Shown here piece by piece: positions 24,865 through 32,000 of a DNA stretch of 32,000 nucleotides. The position numbers were made by a program, and so were the translations under genes. Position 1 is the first letter of the stretch. Every line of letters starts with the position of its first letter. The notes under the pieces are model-generated. The model saw nothing but the letters and a program-made list of their open reading frames with translations, was not told the origin of the DNA and made no database searches. The DNA is from Microcystis aeruginosa NIES-843 (GTDB lineage Bacteria; Cyanobacteriota; Cyanobacteriia; Cyanobacteriales; Microcystaceae): NCBI RefSeq assembly GCF_000010625.1, contig NC_010296.1, forward strand, positions 3,150,001 through 3,182,000, read 5' to 3'.

Positions 24865-25809
24865 TTGACTCGCTTTCTTTGGGATAAATTTAGTAAAGAT
24901 TACCTCGAAACTTTTCTCTCTTCTTCCGGTGACGTGAAAACTAGCCTTAATGTGACGGCAGAAACTCAAGAAATCGATGTCTATTTTCGACCGACTTCCC
25001 CCAAAATACCGCCCGAATTAGGTTTATTGGGCCGATTAGCTCAAACCCCTTGTTTATTGGAACCCTATCGCAATCCTGTCACGATTGAGGGAATTATCGC
25101 TTGTTTATCTAAACTGTTGACTGTGCGGGAACAATTACAAAGAGAAGCTCACCGTCATCAACAACCCTTATTAGCAGAAAATATTCCTAGACTATGGATA
25201 CTAACTCCTACTGCCAGTCAAAGAATTATAACTGCTTTTTCCGCTCTCAATCATCCAGATTGGGGAGAAGGAATTTATTTTTTACCTCCAGCATTAACCA
25301 CATCCCTTATTGTCCTGCATCAATTACCTGAAACCCCTGAAACCCTTTGGTTAAGATTATTAGGTAGAGGAGGAACCAGAACCAGAGCGATTGATGAATT
25401 AGAGGCCTTGTCTTCTAATCATCCCTTTAAATCAGCTTCCTTAAAATTATTATACAATTTGAGTAGGAACTTGCAAGCCTTACCCAAAAGAACCCAGGAG
25501 GAGAGGAAATTTATTATGCGTTTAGCCCCTTTATACGAACAAGATAGAGAAAAAGCTATTCAACAAGGAGAAGCTATCGGACTTCAAAAAGGTAGAATCG
25601 AAGGCATTCAAGAAGGAGAAGCTATCGGACTTCAAAAAGGAGAAGCCAACCTAGTGCTACGCTTACTTAACCGACGTTTTGGTGAACTGCCCCCGCATAT
25701 CACTGAAACTATCCAAAAACTAGCCGTTGAACAATTAGAAGACTTAGGAGAAGCATTACTAGACTTTGAGACTCAAGCTGACTTAATTAATTGGCTTAAT
25801 CAAAACTAA
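24865..25809 (+). CDS. Rpn/PD-(D/E)XK putative-transposase-like protein with C-terminal DUF4351-type domain
   Basis: The C-terminal LVLRLLNRRFGELPPHITETIQKLAVEQLEDLGEALLDFETQADLINWL is the DUF4351 pattern. N-terminal DKFSKDYLETFL...EIDVYFRP is typical of this cyanobacterial family. Contains an internal GEAIGLQKG duplication. The track start is non-ATG (TTG). Confidence 0.6.
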   Translation: MTRFLWDKFSKDYLETFLSSSGDVKTSLNVTAETQEIDVYFRPTSPKIPPELGLLGRLAQTPCLLEPYRNPVTIEGIIACLSKLLTVREQLQREAHRHQQPLLAENIPRLWILTPTASQRIITAFSALNHPDWGEGIYFLPPALTTSLIVLHQLPETPETLWLRLLGRGGTRTRAIDELEALSSNHPFKSASLKLLYNLSRNLQALPKRTQEERKFIMRLAPLYEQDREKAIQQGEAIGLQKGRIEGIQEGEAIGLQKGEANLVLRLLNRRFGELPPHITETIQKLAVEQLEDLGEALLDFETQADLINWLNQN

Positions 25810-26087
25810 AATATTCTGGAAATGCCATTTAAAACTCCTCTAATTGTTTTCTTGAAATATCGGAAAATTGAGAGCTTTATTGAACGGGGCAAGGTCTTAG
25901 AAATTAATCACACCATCTCCATTAAAATCTGGCGTTGCTAATTTGAGTTCTGAATCTTCTTAGGTGAGATTTTTAAAACCTAGACCCCAACTAACTTTTG
26001 GATGCGATACACAGTTGGCATTCATCTCTTGATTCAGCAACGCCGAATAATCTTATACTACTCCTAATCACTTCTTATCTCTTGACA

Positions 26088-28166
26088 ATGACCTTAGAAA
26101 CCGATCACGGTAAAAGCCATCCCGTCGGGGCAACTGTCTTGGCCGATGGTGTCAACTTCTCACTATTTTCTAAGTATGCCACTGCGATCGAATTATTATT
26201 ATTTGATGATGCTAATTCTCCCGTACCTAGCCGGACTATTCTCCTCACCCCGCAAACCAACCGCACCTTTTTCTATTGGCATATTTTCGTTCACGGCATT
26301 GGAGCCGGTCAAGTGTATGCTTATCGAGTCTATGGTCCGGATAATCCGGCCCAGGGTCATCGCTTCGATCCTGATAAAGTAGTTCTCGATCCCTATGCGA
26401 AAGCGATTGTCGGTGCGGAAATTTATGATCGACAAGCTGCCAGCGAAAAAGGCGATAATTGTCATCGAGCTTTGCGGGGTCTGGTAGTGGATACGGGCCG
26501 CTACGATTGGGAAGATGACAAACCGCTACGCACTCCCTACTCTGCCAGTTTTATCTACGAGATGCACGTCGGTGGTTTTACCCGTAACCCGAATTCTGGC
26601 GTTAGCGAGGAAAAAAGAGGTACTTTTGCGGGATTAATCGAAAAAATACCCTATTTGAAAAACCTAGGCATTACTGCCGTGGAATTGTTACCGATTCATT
26701 ACTTTGATCCCGCTTCGGCCATGCCGGGGTTAACTAACTATTGGGGTTATAGCACGATCAGCTTTTTTGCGCCCCATGCTGGTTACAGTAGCGATCGCTC
26801 ACCCCTGGGTCCTTTGAATGAATTTCGAGATCTGGTGAAAGCTTTACACAAAGCGGGGATCGAAGTGATTCTCGATGTGGTTTTCAATCATACCGCCGAG
26901 GGGGACGAAATCGGGCCAACTCTTTCCTTTAAAGGTATCGATAATCGCACCTACTACATCCTCGATGCAGAAGATAAAAGCCTCTATAGTAACTATACCG
27001 GCTGTGGTAACACCCTCAAGGGCAGTCATCCGATTGTGGGCAAAATGATTCTCGATTGTTTGCGCTATTGGGTGTCGGAAATGCACGTGGATGGTTTTCG
27101 CTTTGACCTAGCGGCCGTATTATCGCGCAATGTGGACGGGGAACCGATCCTGCAAAAAGGTTATAACATGATCTGGGCGATCGAATCGGATCCAGTCTTA
27201 GCCGGGACAAAATTAATCGCTGAAGCCTGGGATGCGGCAGGATTGTATAGTGTCGGTCAATTTGTCGAATTTGCCGATTGGTTTTCCGAGTGGAATGGTC
27301 CTTTTCGCGATGATGTACGCGCTTTTGTCCGGGGAGATACCAGCATAGTCACGAAATTAGCGGCGCGGATTTTAGGAAGCCCCGACATATACCACAGACC
27401 TGATACCGATGTCAATAGAAGTATAAATTTTGTTACCTGTCACGATGGCTTTACCCTTAACGATCTAGTGTCCTACGACGGGAAACACAACGAGGCTAAC
27501 GGCGAGGAGAATCGGGACGGTTGCAACGATAATTTTAGCTGGAATTGTGGGGTAGAAGGGGAAACCAATAACGAGGCGATTAAAACCCTGCGACTGCAAC
27601 AAATAAAAAATCTCTTAACGATCCTGTTCATTTCCCAAGGAACACCTATGCTGTTGATGGGGGACGAAGTGCGACGCACCCAAAAGGGCAACAATAACGC
27701 CTATTGTCAGGATAACCAGTTAAGTTGGTTCGATTGGAGTGCGGTAGAGCAAGAGTTCGATCTTTGGTGTTTCGTAAGGAGACTGATCGATTTTAATAAA
27801 AAATTAGCTCTTTTCCGTCAAGAAAAATTGCTAGAAGTCACCTATACCAGTCTTGAACCCCATCTCAGTTGGCATGGCGTACAGTTGAGTAAACCCGATT
27901 GGTCGGAAGATTCCCGCAGTTTAGCTTTTTCCCTGCGTCATCCCAAGGCAAATGAGTATTTACACATTATGCTGAACGCTTACTGGGAATCTCTCAACTT
28001 CCAGTTACCCCCCCTATTCCCAGAGGAAAAATGGCATCGCGTCATCGATACTGCTGGGCAATTGTCCGAGGCAGCCTGTGATTTAGATGCCGCCGTCGCT
28101 ATTGAATCGGAAACCTATCGGGTGCAAGCGCGTTCGGCGGTAGTTTTAATCGTTAAACCAGTATAA
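26088..28166 (+). CDS. glgX: glycogen debranching enzyme (isoamylase-type GH13)
   Basis: GH13 regions DVVFNHT, GFRFDLA, AEAWD and FVTCHDGFTLND are present. Likely start is ATG 26088 (MTLETDHGKSHPVGATV); the track ORF starts at 25998. Confidence 0.9.
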   Translation: MTLETDHGKSHPVGATVLADGVNFSLFSKYATAIELLLFDDANSPVPSRTILLTPQTNRTFFYWHIFVHGIGAGQVYAYRVYGPDNPAQGHRFDPDKVVLDPYAKAIVGAEIYDRQAASEKGDNCHRALRGLVVDTGRYDWEDDKPLRTPYSASFIYEMHVGGFTRNPNSGVSEEKRGTFAGLIEKIPYLKNLGITAVELLPIHYFDPASAMPGLTNYWGYSTISFFAPHAGYSSDRSPLGPLNEFRDLVKALHKAGIEVILDVVFNHTAEGDEIGPTLSFKGIDNRTYYILDAEDKSLYSNYTGCGNTLKGSHPIVGKMILDCLRYWVSEMHVDGFRFDLAAVLSRNVDGEPILQKGYNMIWAIESDPVLAGTKLIAEAWDAAGLYSVGQFVEFADWFSEWNGPFRDDVRAFVRGDTSIVTKLAARILGSPDIYHRPDTDVNRSINFVTCHDGFTLNDLVSYDGKHNEANGEENRDGCNDNFSWNCGVEGETNNEAIKTLRLQQIKNLLTILFISQGTPMLLMGDEVRRTQKGNNNAYCQDNQLSWFDWSAVEQEFDLWCFVRRLIDFNKKLALFRQEKLLEVTYTSLEPHLSWHGVQLSKPDWSEDSRSLAFSLRHPKANEYLHIMLNAYWESLNFQLPPLFPEEKWHRVIDTAGQLSEAACDLDAAVAIESETYRVQARSAVVLIVKPV

Positions 28167-28281
28167 CAAGGGGAGAGATATTGCTCGATCGACCGATCTT
28201 GAATGCTTTAACTAATGAACAATGGCATCAATTCAATCGTCAAGTGGAAAAACGTTATTTATTTGCGGAGCAATAGCTGAA

Positions 28282-29043
28282 ATGATGCGGCTTTCATTAG
28301 CGAAACGGTTATCGATTCTCTCTTTGTGTTTAATGGGTTTTTCCCTACCTTGGACCGCGTTCAGCGTTTCACCAGTACAGGCGAACATAGAACCGAATGC
28401 GATCGCTCTTGGTGATCCTGTTCGGGAAGAGAAGCAAGCTCGGCAGTTAGTAGAATGGTTGGGAACTAAACAATACGGTAAAGTTATTGCAGCTTTGTCA
28501 CCCCAACTAAAACCCCTCTGGACTGCCGAAAAATTGCAAAAGGTCTGGGAAAGCCAAGTCACTGACAATACTGGACCGTTTAAGCGCATTGTCAAAAGCA
28601 AGCTACTCGATGCTATCAATGCCAATTTGGTGATTGTCACCGTTGAATTTGAGAAACTCACTGAAGATGTGGTAATTACCTTTAACCGGTCTGGTCAGGT
28701 AATTGCCGCCGATTTTCCCGAATTTCGTAGTATTTCTGAGATTGGCGCTGCTTTTGTCACGTCCTTGGTCAACAAAGACTACGGCCTGGCCAGAGGTTTT
28801 TTACACCCTTTCCTGAAAGCTGAGGTTTTCCCCACCAGAGTACAAGGCGCTTGGGAGAATTTACTTAAGCGTACTGGCCCCGTGCGTCGGATCGTGGGAA
28901 CTCAGGTCAGAAAAGGTGCGGATACAGACGGTGTGGCTCTGGTGTTGGTGACGATTCAATTTGAAAAACTGACGGATACCTTAATCCTCGTTTTTGATGA
29001 TCAAAAGCAGATTGTCAACGTGGATTTCCCTTTAGGCAATTAG
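28282..29043 (+). CDS. secreted protein with two DUF3887-like repeats
   Basis: Signal-peptide-like MMRLSLAKRLSILSLCLMGFSLPWTAFSVSPVQA from ATG 28282. Two internally similar halves (...VIVTVEFEKLTEDVVITFNRSGQVIAADFP and LVLVTIQFEKLTDTLILVFDDQKQIVNVDFP). Confidence 0.6.
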   Translation: MMRLSLAKRLSILSLCLMGFSLPWTAFSVSPVQANIEPNAIALGDPVREEKQARQLVEWLGTKQYGKVIAALSPQLKPLWTAEKLQKVWESQVTDNTGPFKRIVKSKLLDAINANLVIVTVEFEKLTEDVVITFNRSGQVIAADFPEFRSISEIGAAFVTSLVNKDYGLARGFLHPFLKAEVFPTRVQGAWENLLKRTGPVRRIVGTQVRKGADTDGVALVLVTIQFEKLTDTLILVFDDQKQIVNVDFPLGN

Positions 29044-29086
29044 TAATCAGCCGAAATTACCCCGTAAATTGAGTTGGAGACGATAA

Positions 29087-30388
<1,302 letters not shown>

Positions 30389-30416
30389 AATTTGAAAAAA
30401 GTTTGCAGTGATCGAA

Positions 30417-30640
30417 AAAGGGTGTTATACTAAAGGCACTGATAACTGATAACTGGTCACTGACTATTGTGGTACTTCGCTGAAACCCTTTTCGGCGAAG
30501 TGTTTATTTTTGGCCTTTTTCTGCACGAAGGTATGATTTTTGGATCAAAGGTGTTATAGTAAAGGTACTGATAACTGATAACTGGTCACTGACTATTGTG
30601 GTACTTCGCTGGAACCTTTTTCGGCGAAGTATTTATTTAA
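30417..30640. repeat. about 95-bp segment duplicated in tandem (30417-30513 and 30547-30640)
   Basis: aaagggtgttatactaaaggcactgataactgataactggtcactgactattgtggtacttcgctgaaacccttttcggcgaagtgtttattt versus aaaggtgttatagtaaaggtactgataactgataactggtcactgactattgtggtacttcgctggaacctttttcggcgaagtatttattt. Copy 2 contains the last codons and stop of CDS 30593-30955. Confidence 0.85.
30475..30511 (+). terminator. rho-independent terminator candidate for eno
   Basis: 11-bp stem CTTCGCTGAAA / TTTCGGCGAAG (one U-G pair on the plus strand) with a CCCT loop, followed by TGTTTATTTTT. Confidence 0.6.
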
Positions 30641-30955
30641 GAGGGTGTTGACCAGAGAGAGGACGATTGGCGCACCGATAAAAGCCACTAAACCCTTAAC
30701 TGCGAATCCCGGGACGAGGATCGAGGCTAACCAGAAACAAAAGCTATTGAGAACAAGGATAAAGCCACCGAGGGTGAGAATAGTAATCGGTAGGGAAAGC
30801 AGCCCTAGAATCGGTTTAACCAGTCCGTTGACTAAACCGATAACTGCCCCCGCAACCATGGCCACAATAAAGCTATCGACTTTAACACCGGGGAAGATAA
30901 TATCAACCACTAATAAACTAAGGGCAGTGGCAAGAATATTTAGGGTTTGCGGCAA
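30593..30955 (-). CDS. phage-holin-family-IV-like (YvlD/DUF360-type) small membrane protein
   Basis: 120 aa with four predicted hydrophobic helices. The sequence LLVVDIIFPGVKVDSF..A.V.GLVNGLVKPIL.LLSLPITILTLGGF fits this family. Confidence 0.75.
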   Translation of the reverse strand: MPQTLNILATALSLLVVDIIFPGVKVDSFIVAMVAGAVIGLVNGLVKPILGLLSLPITILTLGGFILVLNSFCFWLASILVPGFAVKGLVAFIGAPIVLSLVNTLLNKYFAEKGSSEVPQ

Positions 30956-30974
30956 AAAGCTTTTCGGTGGTGGC

Positions 30975-31006
30975 AGGGTGTGGGGTGTGGGGTGTGGGGT
31001 GTGGGG
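30975..31006. repeat. heptamer repeat GTGGGGT x4
   Basis: gggtgtggggtgtggggtgtggggtgtggggt, read directly. Confidence 0.9.
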
Positions 31007-31269
31007 TTTTATCGATTTTCAGGTGGTCAACTACCTAATTTTCAGGGAAAAAGTCCAGGAATTTTCCCCCCGATCCCCGCAATGGCTGGCACTTTTTGAG
31101 GGGAAAAAAGTCCAAAAGTCTTATCCAACAAGGTTTTTAGATTTATTCAGCAGACCCTATTTAAAAGAAGGCCGATCATCGAAAATTTGGGTCTGAAACC
31201 CCGCCGTTCTACGACGGCTTTACTGTTAAATATTAGCACATTTACGAAATATATGCTAAAATGTGAGAC

Positions 31270-32000
31270 ATGGAAAAAGCCTATTCGTTTCGATTTTACC
31301 CAACACCCGAACAAGAGTCGCTATTGCGGCGCACATTGGGCTGTGTAAGATTAGTTTACAACAAAGCTCTCCACGAACGAACACAAGCTTGGTACGAAAA
31401 GCAAGAAAGAGTAGGCTACGCTCAAACTTCTTCAATGCTAACTGATTGGAAAAAGCAAGAAGAATTAAACTTTCTCAATGAAGTAAGCTGTGTACCCTTA
31501 CAACAAGGGTTAAGACATTTACAAACAGCTTTCACTAATTTCTTTGCTGGTCGTACTAAGTATCCTAGCTTTAAGAAAAAACATCAGGGAGGAAGTGCCG
31601 AATTTACCAAGTCTGCTTTTAAATTCAAAGACAAACAAATCTATTTAGCTAAATGCACAGAACCTTTACCTATTCGATGGTCAAGACACATCCCAGAAAG
31701 CTGTGAACCAAGTACAGTAACAGTCAGATTACATCCCTCAGGACGTTGGCATATTTCAATTAGATTTGATGACCCAACGATTAAGCCATTACCAGTAACA
31801 GATAAAGCCATTGGAATTGACTTAGGAATTAGTAGCCTAGTAATTACCAGCGATGGTGACAAAGTATCTAATCCTGAGCATTTTAAAAAGCATTATCGGA
31901 GACTGCGAAAGGCCCAAAAAAGCCTTTCTAGAAAACAGAAAGGGTCAAAAAATCGGGAAAAAGCAAGAATCAAAGTAGCAAGGATTCACGCTCAAATCAC
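31270..32000 (+). CDS. tnpB: TnpB (IS200/IS605-family OrfB, IS1341-like), N-terminal about 243 aa; continues beyond window end
   Basis: Absent from the track because it has no stop in the window. ATG 31270 gives MEKAYSFRFYPTPEQESLLRRTLGCVRLVYNKALHERTQAWYEKQERVGY...AIGIDLGISSLVITSDGDKVSNP...KARIKVARIHAQI. This is the classic OrfB_IS605 N-terminus with the first RuvC aspartate (GIDLG). No tnpA is seen upstream. Confidence 0.9.
   Translation, partial: MEKAYSFRFYPTPEQESLLRRTLGCVRLVYNKALHERTQAWYEKQERVGYAQTSSMLTDWKKQEELNFLNEVSCVPLQQGLRHLQTAFTNFFAGRTKYPSFKKKHQGGSAEFTKSAFKFKDKQIYLAKCTEPLPIRWSRHIPESCEPSTVTVRLHPSGRWHISIRFDDPTIKPLPVTDKAIGIDLGISSLVITSDGDKVSNPEHFKKHYRRLRKAQKSLSRKQKGSKNREKARIKVARIHAQI

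Noticed and set aside
25860-25975. Minus-strand fragment EDSELKLATPDFNGDGVINF-stop, resembling a dockerin/EF-hand-like DxNGDG calcium-binding loop.
   Set aside because: Only about 20 codons lie between stops and there is no start codon. At best it is a gene relic, and it is too short to call.
30645-31196. 183-aa plus-strand ORF.
   Set aside because: It is antisense to the convincing four-helix holin-family gene and then runs through the GTGGGGT heptamers. Its composition is typical of an antisense shadow ORF.

Overview
This looks like a cyanobacterial chromosomal window. GCGATCGC (HIP1) sites are frequent, heptamer STRR arrays punctuate gene ends, and gene content resembles Microcystis, but the taxon is inference only.

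The housekeeping backbone comprises phosphoketolase, gap, a YgfZ-like folate-binding protein, nadD-nrtR-nadE, an RCK/K+ channel protein, glgX, eno and a holin-family-IV membrane protein. Three accessory patches interrupt it.

(i) 1-6.4 kb:
- the N-terminus of a STAND-type NTPase running off the window;
- a COG3596/YfjP-like GTPase with a small hydrophobic-tailed partner;
- five back-to-back type II TA cassettes (DUF433/DUF5615 x2, UPF0175/DUF3368, a decayed PIN plus small partner, HicBA), each bracketed by a copy of one hairpin-bearing repeat.

(ii) 16.1-21.7 kb:
- a MITE with an 8-bp TSD;
- a RES-Xre TA pair with an extra upstream gene, sitting next to the NAD biosynthesis operon;
- a GNRA-capped hairpin plus small hydrophobic ORFs;
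- an iteron-like array inside a tandem duplication;
- a repeat-rich HTH-like protein;
- a gene of about 700 aa (HEAT-like, pentapeptide repeats) cut into two still-open ORFs by a 188-bp MITE with a perfect 8-bp TSD;
- a YoeB remnant at the patch edge.

(iii) 31.2 kb to the end: a TnpB (IS605-family OrfB) gene running off the window.

No rRNA, tRNA or CRISPR array was recognised. All domain calls come from motif recognition by eye; no searches were run.
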